From contig CAWFQL010000017.1 in assembly GCA_963817915.1 (NCBI GenBank), positions 224,001 through 288,000 on the forward strand: a DNA stretch of 64,000 nucleotides. The letters are read 5' to 3'. Below are positions 49,302 to 61,233 of this stretch, in pieces; positions within the stretch are counted from its first letter, which is position 1; every line of letters starts with the position of its first letter. The notes beneath the pieces are model-generated. The model searched no databases, was not told the origin of the DNA, and was given only the letters and a program-made list of their open reading frames with translations. Source of the DNA: an uncultured candidate division Zixibacteria bacterium. Its GTDB lineage: Bacteria > Zixibacteria > MSB-5A5 > UBA10806. Both the position numbers and the translations under genes were made by a program.

Positions 49302-51911
49302 ATGATGCCTAAGGCGTTTGAGTCATTTCAAGTGAAGGCAACATTGCCAGGCAAGTTGTGGGTTCTAAAAGAATTAGCTTATAATCTATACTGGACCTGG
49401 GATTTTGAAACAATCGAGCTATTCCGACGATTGGATCGCGATCTCTGGGATGCAACGGGTCATAATCCAATCAAAATGCTTGGCAAAATTAAGCAGGACA
49501 AGCTCAGCCAGGCCGCCAATGACGAAGGATTCATGGCTCAACTGGAGCGCCTCTATTGGAGCCTGCAGGATTATCTAAATGGCTCGACTTGGTTTGAAAG
49601 CAACTTCGGAAGATTCGAATCTCCCAAGATAGCTTATTTTTCCATGGAATTTGGGCTTACTGAAAGCCTTCCGATCTATTCCGGCGGATTAGGAATATTG
49701 GCGGGAGACCATCTCAAATCGGCCAGCGATTTGGGACTGCCCTTGGTAGGTGTCGGACTTCTCTATCAGCAAGGATATTTCCAGCAGTATCTCAATGGCG
49801 ACGGTTGGCAACAGGAGACTTATCCTGACAATGATTTCTTCAGCCTTCCGGTCCAGCTCGAATGTGATGAAAATGGTCAACCGCTCAAGGTTGCAGTGCA
49901 ATTTCCCGGACGCCCGGTGATATGCCAGATTTGGCGGGCTCAAGTCGGCAGAATTCCGCTTTACCTTTTGGACACAAATACAACTGAAAATCAGGAACGC
50001 GATAGAAAAATTACATATCAGCTTTACGGCGGCGATAGCGAGACTCGTATTCAACAAGAATTAATTCTTGGGGTAGGCGGCATGCTGGCATTGAGATTGC
50101 TCGATATTCATGTTCGAGTTTGCCATATGAATGAGGGCCACGCTGGGTTCATGGCATTTGAAAGAATAAGACACAGAAAAGTAACCAATAATCTCAGCAC
50201 CGATGAGGCTATCCAAATCGCCAGAGGTGGTACGATATTTACGACCCACACTCCAGTCCCGGCCGGGATCGACGAATTCCCGCCATGGATGATAGAAAAA
50301 TATCTGGGTCATTATCTCAACGCCGCGGGCATCGAGCAAGAAAAAGTCTTGAAATTGGGCAAATATAACGGCCATGATATCAAAGAACCGTTCAATATGG
50401 CGCTAATGGCATTACGAACGACTGCGTATGCCAATGGAGTCAGCAAGCTTCACGGCGAAGTATCCAGGAAAATGTGGAAATCGATTTGGCCCAATGTTCC
50501 AGAGCCAGAAATACCGATTGATCATGTCACCAACGGCATCCACACTCGCAGTTGGATTTCGCATGAGATGTCGGAGCTTTTCTCCAGATACCTGGGACCT
50601 GATTGGATCAGAAAGCCCGCGGACCAAACAGTTTGGCAGAGGATCGAACGAATTCCTGATGTGGAATTATGGCGTACCCATGAAAGACGGCGCGAACGTT
50701 TGGTGGCATTCACAAGAAAACGTCTTGCTGAGCAGTTAAAGCGCCGCGGCGGGAATACTCGTGAAATCAATTCGGCCGGCGAAACCCTGAATCCGGAAGC
50801 GTTGACTATCGGATTTGCGCGACGATTTGCTACCTACAAGCGTGCCTCGTTGCTTTTCAAAGATATGCAAAGGCTAAAAAGGCTTCTAACCGATCGCGAA
50901 CGACCAATTCAATTCATATTCGCGGGCAAAGCTCATCCACATGATAACGGTGGAAAAGACTTGATTAAGCAGATAATTCATTTCGCCCGCCACGATGATG
51001 TTCGGCGAAGCGTTGTATTTTTGGAAAATTACGATATCAATGTCGCCAGGTATTTGGTACAGGGAGTCGATATCTGGCTGAATAATCCGCGAAGACCATT
51101 AGAAGCCAGCGGCACGAGTGGAATGAAAATTTTGCCGAATGGCGGGCTGAATCTAAGCGTTCTCGATGGATGGTGGTGCGAAGGGTATCAGACAGATACG
51201 GGCTGGGCAATCGGCGCGGGCGAAGAATACGATGATCCTGAATTGCAGGACGAAGTCGAGAGCAAGGCTTTATATGATGTATTGGAAAATGACGTCATTC
51301 CCATATTTTACGATAGGGGAAAAGATGATCTGCCGCGGCATTGGATTTCAAAAATGAAATCATCGATGATAAAACTCTGCCCGATGTTCAATACAAACCG
51401 AATGGTCCGCGAGTACACTGAAAAATTCTACATGAAAGCTCATGCCTCGTGGAAAAATCTTTCTGCCAATGATTTTGCCAAAACACGAGAACTGGAACAA
51501 TGGCGAACCTATGTAGAGCAAAATTGGGGGAAGGTCCATATTTTAGATTCCAGCTCGGAGAAAAAGGATATCGAGGTCGGCTATGCATTAAAGATTACCT
51601 GTGAAATTGCGCTTGGGGCTTTAAAGCCGGAGGATGTTATTGTACAGATATATAGCGGGCCTCTTGATTCCGATCAGAATATAATTCACGATACCACTGA
51701 AACAATGAATTGCGTATCTTCAACGGATCATTCTCATCTTTACGAGGGATTCTTGCCCTGTGATGAAAGCGGCCGCTTTGGATATTCAGTCAGGATAATG
51801 CCAAATAATCCCGATATGCCGGATCATTTTAATCTGGACCTGTTGCGCTGGATCGGCGAATATTCACCCGAAAAGGCATCCAGGAAAATCGAGAGCGCAA
51901 CGTTAGTATAG
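49302..51911 (+). CDS. glgP: Alpha-glucan (glycogen) phosphorylase
   Basis: YFSMEFG, YSGGLG, GFARRFATYKR, EASGTSGMK (PLP lysine). Confidence 0.95.
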   Translation: MMPKAFESFQVKATLPGKLWVLKELAYNLYWTWDFETIELFRRLDRDLWDATGHNPIKMLGKIKQDKLSQAANDEGFMAQLERLYWSLQDYLNGSTWFESNFGRFESPKIAYFSMEFGLTESLPIYSGGLGILAGDHLKSASDLGLPLVGVGLLYQQGYFQQYLNGDGWQQETYPDNDFFSLPVQLECDENGQPLKVAVQFPGRPVICQIWRAQVGRIPLYLLDTNTTENQERDRKITYQLYGGDSETRIQQELILGVGGMLALRLLDIHVRVCHMNEGHAGFMAFERIRHRKVTNNLSTDEAIQIARGGTIFTTHTPVPAGIDEFPPWMIEKYLGHYLNAAGIEQEKVLKLGKYNGHDIKEPFNMALMALRTTAYANGVSKLHGEVSRKMWKSIWPNVPEPEIPIDHVTNGIHTRSWISHEMSELFSRYLGPDWIRKPADQTVWQRIERIPDVELWRTHERRRERLVAFTRKRLAEQLKRRGGNTREINSAGETLNPEALTIGFARRFATYKRASLLFKDMQRLKRLLTDRERPIQFIFAGKAHPHDNGGKDLIKQIIHFARHDDVRRSVVFLENYDINVARYLVQGVDIWLNNPRRPLEASGTSGMKILPNGGLNLSVLDGWWCEGYQTDTGWAIGAGEEYDDPELQDEVESKALYDVLENDVIPIFYDRGKDDLPRHWISKMKSSMIKLCPMFNTNRMVREYTEKFYMKAHASWKNLSANDFAKTRELEQWRTYVEQNWGKVHILDSSSEKKDIEVGYALKITCEIALGALKPEDVIVQIYSGPLDSDQNIIHDTTETMNCVSSTDHSHLYEGFLPCDESGRFGYSVRIMPNNPDMPDHFNLDLLRWIGEYSPEKASRKIESATLV

Positions 51912-52094
51912 CATGAATATTATTTCCTGATTCATTCGGGATATTGAATTAACCAATAAAAAGTGCGATGATTAATTTCATTGCACTTTTTTTGGCATCA
52001 GAGACGATGATTGTTACAACTTATATTGACAATCAGGACAAATATACTATAATTAAAGGAGAACTGGGCTGTGAGAGCTCTATTAGGAGGATTA

Positions 52095-54233
52095 ATGAGA
52101 AAATTCGTATTGTTTTTGGCCCTGACCTTCTTTTCGGCGGTGTCCGTAGAGTTATTATATGCCGAAGATTCTCAAGAAGTTAAGGATATTCAGAAGATGA
52201 TTGAGGAAAATGGTCTCCATTGGACTGCTCGCCAGACCTCGATGATGGATATACCGCTCGAAGAAAGACGTCAGCGCCTTGGGATTAAAATACCTGATGA
52301 TGTCAAACAACGATTCGCCCACCTGGACAGTCTTCCTCCGCCAACTCTACTTAATACCCAAGCCATATTTGATTGGAGATTGCTCAATGGCGTAACTCCG
52401 GTCAAGGATCAAGGTCAATGCGGGTCATGCTGGGATTTCGCGGGTACAGGCGCATTTGAAGCGGCTTATCTTCTTGCCGAAGGTGTAGTAGCGGATTTTT
52501 CGGAGCAGCAGGTTTTATCCTGCAATGGTGGTGGATCCAGCTGCAGCGGCGGATGGATGCAAGACGCATATCTGGTTTATATGAACTATGGTGCCATAGA
52601 CGAAACCAACATGCCATATCAGGGATCGGACGATGTTCCCTGTCTTCAATATCAATATGACCCTATTGCGACTCTTGAAGGATTTGAAGATATACCAAAT
52701 AATGTTAATTCGATCAAGAATGCGCTGTTGAGCGGACCGCTTTCCACAACTTACACCGTGTATGATGATTTCTATGGCTATAGTGAAGGATGCTATGATC
52801 ATTCAAGCGGCGATAATATTAATCACGCAGTCGTCATTGTCGGTTGGGACGATAATATGTGCGATGGCGAGGGTGCCTGGATTGTAAAAAATAGCTGGGG
52901 CCCGGCCTGGGGATTAGACGGATATTTTTATATAAAATATGGAGCGGCGCGTATTGGAAGCTATACCCAGCGTCCTATTTATGGCGTTCAGGGTGTGCCT
53001 GTCATGGCGGTATCGGTTGATACGCTTGCGGATGGTTCATACGTTCCGATTGAAGAATTTTTGCCACAAAATAATTCAAGCATCAGAACCGTCCAATTAT
53101 CCAATATTGGGGACGGCAATCTATTCTATCGTACTACTGCGATGCCTCCGCCCGATCAGGATGAATTTGGATATTACTGGCGCGATTCCAATATGTCGGA
53201 TGGTCCGACATTTAATTGGATCGATATCACTAGCATCGGCCAGCCAATTAGCTTCCCATATGACCAGGATAATGGTAATTCCGGGACAAAGTATCTGGGA
53301 TTCAGTTTTAATTATTATGGTAGGTCTGTGAATCGTCTGAGATTCTGCGTAAACGGCTGGGCAACATTCATGAACGCGATTTTCTATAATTGGGAAAATA
53401 TGCCGATTCCCGATCAATCGTACCCCAACGATCTTATGGCGCCCTGGTGGGATGATTTGACATTGGAATACGGCGGCCAGATCTTTTATTACACCAATAA
53501 CGCCGATACCGCGATAATATCATGGAATGGTATTTCAGATACCCGTAGAGCAGGAACCTATACATTCCAGATTATTTTGGTAGCGCCGTCGACAATCAAA
53601 TTCCAATATCTCAATATGGGCCCTGGTCGTCTCAATGAGGCTACTGTGGGTATCGAGAACCGCGAGGGTACTACCGGTCTGCAAATGGCTTACAATTCCA
53701 GCTATATGCATGATTCACTGGCCACGCAATTCTATCTTGGAGCTCATGTAATTTCCGAATGGCTTTCTATTAGCCCTGCCTCTGGGAATATTTTCGGAGG
53801 AACCTCCGCGCCGATAAATATCAATTTTGCATCGGGCGATCTTCCCTCCGGGGCTTATCAGGCATCCTTGAAAATTCTAACCAATGACCAGGATAATATT
53901 ACGACTATAATTCCCATAACTTTGCATGTCGGGTTAGTTGGAATAGATGAAAAGTCAATCGAAATGCCGGCAAAATTTGGGCTAAGATCAGTTTATCCCA
54001 ATCCATTTAATCCTTCCACCAACATAAGTTATAGCCTTTCGGCCGCTGGTCGTGTGCGATTGGACATATATAACCTCTTGGGACAAAACGTAGCCAATTT
54101 ATTCGATGATTACCAGCAGGCTGGCGAGCATGTTATAACTTGGAATGCAGAACGATATGGATCGGGTGTATATTTCGTTAAATTATCCGATGGTCAAAAA
54201 ACATCAACTTCAAGACTGCTATTCCTGAAATAG
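52095..54233 (+). CDS. Secreted papain-family (C1A) cysteine peptidase with a FlgD/T9SS-type C-terminal domain
   Basis: VKDQGQCGSCW, NHAVVIVGW, WIVKNSWG; C-terminal YPNPFNP...GVYF. Confidence 0.9.
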   Translation: MRKFVLFLALTFFSAVSVELLYAEDSQEVKDIQKMIEENGLHWTARQTSMMDIPLEERRQRLGIKIPDDVKQRFAHLDSLPPPTLLNTQAIFDWRLLNGVTPVKDQGQCGSCWDFAGTGAFEAAYLLAEGVVADFSEQQVLSCNGGGSSCSGGWMQDAYLVYMNYGAIDETNMPYQGSDDVPCLQYQYDPIATLEGFEDIPNNVNSIKNALLSGPLSTTYTVYDDFYGYSEGCYDHSSGDNINHAVVIVGWDDNMCDGEGAWIVKNSWGPAWGLDGYFYIKYGAARIGSYTQRPIYGVQGVPVMAVSVDTLADGSYVPIEEFLPQNNSSIRTVQLSNIGDGNLFYRTTAMPPPDQDEFGYYWRDSNMSDGPTFNWIDITSIGQPISFPYDQDNGNSGTKYLGFSFNYYGRSVNRLRFCVNGWATFMNAIFYNWENMPIPDQSYPNDLMAPWWDDLTLEYGGQIFYYTNNADTAIISWNGISDTRRAGTYTFQIILVAPSTIKFQYLNMGPGRLNEATVGIENREGTTGLQMAYNSSYMHDSLATQFYLGAHVISEWLSISPASGNIFGGTSAPININFASGDLPSGAYQASLKILTNDQDNITTIIPITLHVGLVGIDEKSIEMPAKFGLRSVYPNPFNPSTNISYSLSAAGRVRLDIYNLLGQNVANLFDDYQQAGEHVITWNAERYGSGVYFVKLSDGQKTSTSRLLFLK

Positions 54234-54259
54234 CCTGACTATACATTTTCGAAATTTGC

Positions 54260-54285
54260 AGGGCGTTCACAAGGACGCCCTTTTT
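54260..54285 (+). terminator. Intrinsic terminator
   Basis: AGGGCGT-TCACAAGG-ACGCCCT followed by TTTT. Confidence 0.7.
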
Positions 54286-54504
54286 CGTTTTTATGAATTA
54301 AATTACCTGTTAAATATAATTTGGAAAAATTGCATATTTAATTATATTGATTTCGCATGAGTTAATTGGAGATGCCGACAGGTACTGCCTGTTTAGGGCA
54401 GGATTACGAACAAAGGCAGAAATATGCCTGTTATTGAATCGCACATAATATCATATTTAAAGTACAAATTCTATCTGATTTGAATAATTAAATTGGAGGA
54501 TAAA

Positions 54505-57264
54505 ATGAGAAAAATGCTAATGATTTTTTCCGCAATCGCGCTGTTTTATGGCGGAATAGCTTTCGGGTCGGACGGCAAGCAGTCAATGGAATTTTCCAAT
54601 TCCAATGGATTGAAGTCTGTCAGGATAGTTACACCCAACGAAGGGTACAGCCAGACGGCATTTGATCGTCAATTGCCGATTCGAAATCCCCATATACTGT
54701 CACAGGTTGTTTGGGTTGATCGCAATCATGAAAACGCGATAGCTAACGACGTCGCTGTCAGCCCCGATGGCGCGAGCATATTTGCGGGGTGGTGGCTGAA
54801 TAATATGCGTTTTGCGTCCTATGTTTCAGCTGGTTTGGATGCGCCGCTCTGGCGTTATAATGTAACCACTCAATGGCAAATGCCGGTCAGCGCCAGGGCA
54901 AATAAATATGCAGGCACGGGATCGAGTTTGCCTGCATTGGCCTGGGGGAACGATTCACCACTGTATCAAAATTCATTTAATTATGATGCTGGCTATATAG
55001 GAGCAAGCGTATCTCTTTCAGGGAATGGAGAGCTATTGGCAGCGGCATCTTGGATTAGCGCGGATGACGCCATTCTCACGGTATACGATCTGGGTTCCAG
55101 TGACACTATATTTGTGCGCCATTTCGTGCCGACTCAAGGGCTTCAGGGAGTCGATTTTTCGCGTGATGGATCGAGAGTATTGGTCACGAACTACGGCGGG
55201 CTGTTGGTTTACAGTGTCCCTAATGGCGACCTGCTTGGCCAGCTTCCGAATTATTCCCAGACAATCGCGAAAATTTCGGGCGATGGAAATCATGTCGTAA
55301 GCGGATCATTTACAGGAGCCGTGGAATATTATAATTGGGATGGCTCTTCCTATGTAAGAAGATGGATAAGAGCTACCGGTCATGATTGGGTGACTGCAGT
55401 AGCTATATCGGCTGACGGATCTACATTCGCCTGTGGAACATTGGATTTCGTAAATGGTCAAATCGCTGGCGGAAAATTCGAAATGTGGGATGCGTCGAAT
55501 GGGAATACCCTTATCGATTATCGGGATTACGGCGACGAGGTCGGATCGGTGGCGCTCTCAGCCGATGGCCGTTATGCGATTGCTGGCTGCTGGGGTGCTT
55601 ATGCCAGAACTTATGGCGATGTCGTTACAGTATTTATACGTGATACCGATGTCCCGATATTTCAATTGCTTGATGATATAGACGAACCCGGTTCGATTTT
55701 TGGAGTAGCTATCTCCGATTCAGGCAACTACGCGGCCGCCGGTGGAAAAGCAGTTCATGCCAGAGATTGGGGCAATGGCGGCATGCTTTATTCTATAAAA
55801 ATCAATGATCCGGTTCAGCATGATGTTGCAGTATCATCAATCGATGCTCCCGGAGAATTAGTAAATCCCGGCGATACTTTTTCACCAACTGCCACATTCA
55901 TTAATGTGGGATTGGAAACGGAGAGCTTCACCGCGAACTGCAAAATCACCGATATGGGACTCGATACGATAATTTATGAATCGTCATATAATATCAACAG
56001 CCTGATGTCATTCGGAACAAGTCAGGTTTATTTCGAGCCGCCATTCACTCTTCAAAGAAGTGGAAGATACAGGATTGATTTTTCCGCGCTTCTTCCGACA
56101 GATATGGACACTGCCAATAATACACTGTCGCTGACATTTAGAAGCTGGCACGATATAAAGGCCATTTCAGTAACCAATCCTTTCAATGAAGCCACTGTCA
56201 ATTGGTCAGGAATACCCTCCGCGATTTTCAAGAATTTCGGTTCTTATGATGAATCAGTCGACGTCACTCTCTCGATATTTGACTCGACCGGAATCGAAGT
56301 GTATACGTCGATAGCTAATATTTTTGGCCTGAGTCCTTACGCGTCGGAAGAGGTTCACTTTGATCCTTGGATTCCCGATCTAATTGGTACTTTTAGAGCG
56401 GTTTTTAACGCTGAAGTGCCCGATGACGCGTCTCCAGAAGATAATACGATAACCAAATACATCTCCGCTGTTCAGGAGATGATGTATGACGATGGCCAAT
56501 TTGACGCGACATACTGGGTGGGGTCGTATCCTGACGCCGACAATCGCAAGTTTCTCCAGGTTTTTGATCCGAATGTTTCGGCTCCGTTCACAATTGAGAA
56601 TGTCAGATTTTACCAGCCGCCTACCGCCTACGACGGCTATCTCGATTACCTGGCCATAGCTCTTGATGTAAACGATTTACCGGATACATTGGATTATCTT
56701 GCGAAGATACCTTTTCCGGAGCTCGCAGGACCGGGACAATGGTCAGGCACTGATCTGAATGTTCATGTTCAGGAGTCGACACCCTTATGGGTAATTTTAC
56801 ATTGGCCGGATGAACCACTGAATGGGCCGTTTATAGGTGCCGATGCTACCGGATTGATAAATTGTAAATCATGGTGGTTTTCGAACACCGGCGGTTACAA
56901 TAGCTGGCCATTTAATGATTGGATGATTCGCATGACCCTGCAAAGCGCAACCGGAGTGGAATCCGATTATCTCAGCGGCCTGCCGAATAAGATATCTCTA
57001 ATGCAAAATTACCCCAATCCATTCAATCCAACCACTACTATCAAATTTGCTATGCCGGTCCCCGGAAATGCCAGGATCGAGATCTTTAATTCTCTGGGCC
57101 AGAGAGTAAAATTACTCGCCGATTCTCATTTTGACACAGGATATCATTCTATTGTCTGGGATGGTAAAAACGACGTGGGAATCAGTGTTTCGTCCGGTAT
57201 GTATTATTATCGCCTGACTGCTGGCGACGCGAATATTTCCAGAAAAATGCTGATGCTAAAATAA
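54505..57264 (+). CDS. Secreted WD40-like beta-propeller protein with CARDB-like domains and a FlgD/T9SS-type C-terminal domain
   Basis: Signal peptide; VAISADG-type blade repeats; HDVAVSSI...NN repeats; QNYPNPFNP tail. Confidence 0.75.
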   Translation: MRKMLMIFSAIALFYGGIAFGSDGKQSMEFSNSNGLKSVRIVTPNEGYSQTAFDRQLPIRNPHILSQVVWVDRNHENAIANDVAVSPDGASIFAGWWLNNMRFASYVSAGLDAPLWRYNVTTQWQMPVSARANKYAGTGSSLPALAWGNDSPLYQNSFNYDAGYIGASVSLSGNGELLAAASWISADDAILTVYDLGSSDTIFVRHFVPTQGLQGVDFSRDGSRVLVTNYGGLLVYSVPNGDLLGQLPNYSQTIAKISGDGNHVVSGSFTGAVEYYNWDGSSYVRRWIRATGHDWVTAVAISADGSTFACGTLDFVNGQIAGGKFEMWDASNGNTLIDYRDYGDEVGSVALSADGRYAIAGCWGAYARTYGDVVTVFIRDTDVPIFQLLDDIDEPGSIFGVAISDSGNYAAAGGKAVHARDWGNGGMLYSIKINDPVQHDVAVSSIDAPGELVNPGDTFSPTATFINVGLETESFTANCKITDMGLDTIIYESSYNINSLMSFGTSQVYFEPPFTLQRSGRYRIDFSALLPTDMDTANNTLSLTFRSWHDIKAISVTNPFNEATVNWSGIPSAIFKNFGSYDESVDVTLSIFDSTGIEVYTSIANIFGLSPYASEEVHFDPWIPDLIGTFRAVFNAEVPDDASPEDNTITKYISAVQEMMYDDGQFDATYWVGSYPDADNRKFLQVFDPNVSAPFTIENVRFYQPPTAYDGYLDYLAIALDVNDLPDTLDYLAKIPFPELAGPGQWSGTDLNVHVQESTPLWVILHWPDEPLNGPFIGADATGLINCKSWWFSNTGGYNSWPFNDWMIRMTLQSATGVESDYLSGLPNKISLMQNYPNPFNPTTTIKFAMPVPGNARIEIFNSLGQRVKLLADSHFDTGYHSIVWDGKNDVGISVSSGMYYYRLTAGDANISRKMLMLK

Positions 57265-57305
57265 GATCAAACACTGATTTTCGATTAATTGGAGCAATTG
57301 AAATT

Positions 57306-57338
57306 GAAAAGGCGACATTAAGCGATGTCGCCTTTTTC
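57306..57338. terminator. Intrinsic (bidirectional-type) terminator
   Basis: AAAAGGCGACAT-TAAGCG-ATGTCGCCTTTT. Confidence 0.8.
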
Positions 57339-57405
57339 ATTGAAATTACTCGTTTGAAAGCTTTTTGATTGCATATATTTCCGCTATAACTTATAAGTAA
57401 TTCCG

Positions 57406-60400
57406 ATGAAAATTAGCCCGATACACGTATCATCAAATATGAGGTGGTTGCTTAGAGGGGTTCTGTGGGTATTATTTTGCCTGCCATTTTCGGCGAATGC
57501 TCAGGATAAGACTGGTCCGTTAGTTCTCGAGCACGCTGATCGCTTGCTTTCCAGCGGCACAAATGGTGACATAGTTAATCTAATCGGCAACGTTCATCTT
57601 TCGCATGAGGGAGTTGATCTATACAGCAGCAGGGCAACCTGGTACAGGCTTGCCGGGCTCGTGCAATTTATCGATTCGGTAAAAGTAATAGACGAAAATC
57701 GCGTAATCACCGCGCATTCCATGACCTACTATCGACGTGATAGAAGAGTGACGGCCATGGGCGATGTCAAAATCGATGATTCCAAACAAAAAGTTCAGCT
57801 TTGGGGCGATAAAGTCGATTATTATAGACTTTCCAAGCAGATGGAAGCCACCGGTCATCCTCATTTGATCATAAATCCGGAAGACGATTCCGCCAGAATG
57901 GATATCAAAAGCCTGAGAATGCAATATTTCGATCAGGACAGTAAAGGGATCGCCTATGATTCGGTAGTCATTACCCGCCGGGATATCGTAGCCAGGGCAG
58001 GGCAGGCTATTTTTTACAGAGAACCGGAAGGAGCGGTTTTATACAAGGACCCATCCTTGACGCAAAGTGAAAACAAACTTACCGGCGATACAATTTCTAT
58101 TTATACGAAGGATAAAAAAATCGACAGGCTCCTGGTGATTGGAAATGCCAAAGCAGTCTATAAGACTCAGCCTGATACTCTGGTCGAGGCCTATACCACC
58201 GCGGAATTGACGGGCAAAGAACTTGAAGCTTTTTTCTTCAATGAGAAAATCGATAAGGTAGTTACCAGAAAGAACGCGATCAGTGTCTATACGCCGGCTA
58301 TCACGGATACGCTAACGACCGGCACCAATACGGCTTCGGGGGATTCGATTACATTATATTTCGTGAAAAGCTCGATCAAACGAGTATTTATTTCTGGCGG
58401 GGCAGAGGGTCAGTATGCTGAGACCAAAGCAGATTCTCTTGGTAAAGCGCATGTCGATACTACCTATTATTCAGGCAATACAATCGATTATGACATGGAT
58501 AAGTCCGAAATAAATCTTCTCGGCAGCGGGTCACTTAAATATCAGGAAATGGCGCTGACCGCGGGAGATATTCGATATAAAACAGATACGAAAATACTGA
58601 CTGCCAAAGGTATTGAAAGCGATACCGGAAAAGCGAAGGAGCCTCCCATATTGAAGCAAGGGAGCGAGCAGCTCGATGGCCAGCGAATGACTTATAACTT
58701 GAATACAAGAAAAGGTCAGGTCAGGATGGCTCGCACCAAATACGACAGCGGATTTTACACGGGTGCCACTATCAGAGAAGTCACGAACAAAGAATTATTA
58801 GTGTCTTCCGGTACCTATACTTCATGCGATTTGGAGGAGGGGCCTCATTATCATTTCTATAGCACCAAGATGAAGATGATAAATAAGAATAAGGTCGTGG
58901 CAAGACCTGTCGTAATGTTTATCGGGCAACTGCCGGTATTCGCGATTCCATATTATGTTTTTCCAGTTAAAAAGGGACGGCATTCGGGTTTCACTTCATT
59001 CGAATTCGGTGATTTACGAAATAAACAACGGTATATAAGAAATGTCGGCTATTATTGGGCGGCGTCGCAGTACTGGGACACGCAAGCTCAAATAGATTAC
59101 TACGAAAATGTGAGGACAATTTTCAGGTATGATATCGCGTTTGTCCTGCGTGACAAGATAAATAGTCACATCAACGCCGAATATGATCACGAAGCCAACT
59201 GGCAAAATTATAGCCAGAGGATAAGAAAACGATGGAAGATCGACTATTTTCATTCTCAGAAAATCAATAAATCATTAAGTCTCTCGGGTTCGGGCAGTTT
59301 CGTTTCGGACAAAAACTATATTGCTGATAATATCCTTGATCCTTCGCAAAGACTCGAAAGGACTATCCGTTCCACTGGAAGCCTTTTTAAACGTTGGGAC
59401 TCTGCAGCACTAAATATAGGTTTCAATAACACTTGGAATCTTGATACTGGCGTCAAGGTGGCAGTGCTGCCTTCATTTAGCTTTTCGAAAAACCAATTTC
59501 AAATTTTCCCTGAAAAAGGCAAAACAACTAAAAAGAAAAGAGTCAGGCCAGGAGAAGAAACTGAAGAAGCTATCGTAAGATTTTACAATAAAACAATGCT
59601 GCAATTCACAATCGATGGACAGAATCTACGGCAGACACTTCGGACAATTGGCATTTCAGATACGACATATTACCATAAAAATTATCAGTACATCAATACC
59701 GGTGCGTTGATTAACAGCCCGCAAAACATATCAAAGTATTTGACAGTCACGCCGGGTATTACTCTTGGCCAAACTTTATATAGGTTGGAACCCAATACCA
59801 AAGTCGATAGTCTCGGCTTGAAAGCAAAATATATCGCAACTCGGGAAACTTATAGCCTCACACTTGATAGCAGAACTACGATGTATGGCACTGTAAATCC
59901 TAATATTTTCGGACTTATCGGACTTCGCCATGTAATGAGCCCATCAATAGGATATCGTTTTACTCCTGAGACAAAGAAGAATCAAGGATATTACTCGTAT
60001 ACTGGAGTCGGCGTAGCATCTGGCCGTTCCAAATCGCTAACATATTTGCTGGGCAATCAATTTCAGGCTAAATACAAATCAGGAGAAACAGAAAAGAAAA
60101 TTGATTTGTTCAGGCTCACATTTAGTACCGGATATTCTTTTACTGCTTTGACCCGCAGAATTGCGCCGCTCTCTACGTCTCTTGAGTCTAATTCTATTCC
60201 TAAACTTAATGTCTCATTTCGTTCTACACATGACTTTTACAATGAAGATGACAGCCGCAGATCATTATTACGTCCTCGCCTTGACAAGTATGTCAATCAC
60301 AACCGGCACCGAATTCAAGTACCACCCGGGGACAAAATCGGAGAATGAAGGCGCCGCACCCGAGAAAGAATCGCCAAATATAACGGCATTTCCTTCCAAA

Positions 60401-60751
60401 AAGCAGGGCGAAGATATGTCGAATATCGGTCTTGATGTTAAATTAACCCATTATTATTCTTGGAATAGAGTTGGGAAAAATATAAGCAAGATACAATGGA
60501 TCGGAGTGGGCATTTCGCTTCAGCCAACTACCCGCTGGAAGGTCAGCTATAATTTCCAGTATGATATTCAAAATAAAATAATGACATCGGGAACAGTGAA
60601 TGTCACGCGAGACATGCATTGCTGGCAGGGAATGCTGGTCTGGGTCCCGTCGGGTGTAACTGCCGGTTATTATGTGCGAATTTATATAAAAGCAATACCT
60701 GATATCAAAGTAGAATCTACGCAGGGCGGCCTCAGGGGCCAATATTATTAG
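57406..60751 (+). CDS. lptD: LPS-assembly protein LptD with an extended OstA-like N-terminal jellyroll (apparent +1 frameshift at ~60279)
   Basis: YTSCD..PHYH, RHSG, GYYWA, RHVMSP. After RPR the other frame reads LTSMSITT...RDMHCW...DIK, the FCB-type LptD C-terminus. Confidence 0.85.
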
Positions 60752-60830
60752 TCGTTTCCTCGTAGATTATATTGACATTATGATTCTTATGGCATAAAAA
60801 TCCAATATAGTATTGGGATTGGAGCGAAAT

Positions 60831-61103
60831 ATGACCAAGAGTCAATTAATCGATTTGATCGCGAAGGATGCCGGGATTTCGAAGGCGCAATCCAGCAAAG
60901 CATTGAATTCCATGCTTGCGAATGTGACCAGGAGCCTTCGAAAAGGCAGCAGTGTTTCATTCATCGGTTTCGGATCATTTGATGTCAAGCGACGGAAGGC
61001 ATTCATCGGGCGAAATCCGCGAACCGGCGAAGCGATAAATATCCCGGCAACGAAATCTCCGAGATTCCGGCCCGGCAAAAATCTGCGCGACGCGATCAGA
61101 TGA
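60831..61103 (+). CDS. hup: DNA-binding protein HU
   Basis: MTKSQLI, GFGSF, GRNPRTGE..IPA, F.PGK.L. Confidence 0.95.
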   Translation: MTKSQLIDLIAKDAGISKAQSSKALNSMLANVTRSLRKGSSVSFIGFGSFDVKRRKAFIGRNPRTGEAINIPATKSPRFRPGKNLRDAIR

Positions 61104-61233
61104 ATCTACAATCGAATTCTTCCTATAATATCAGATGCTCTTTAGTGATTTTATCATAAAAACTCTTGCATAAATTTCAATATTGACCGATATAATAGTT
61201 GCAGAGCATTTTTGGGGAATTAGATTGTTTAAG

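Noticed and set aside
57406..60751. lptD, the biotin carboxylase and tolC as genuine pseudogenes
   Set aside because: Each has a single indel in an otherwise intact gene, and lptD is normally essential; assembly error is more parsimonious.
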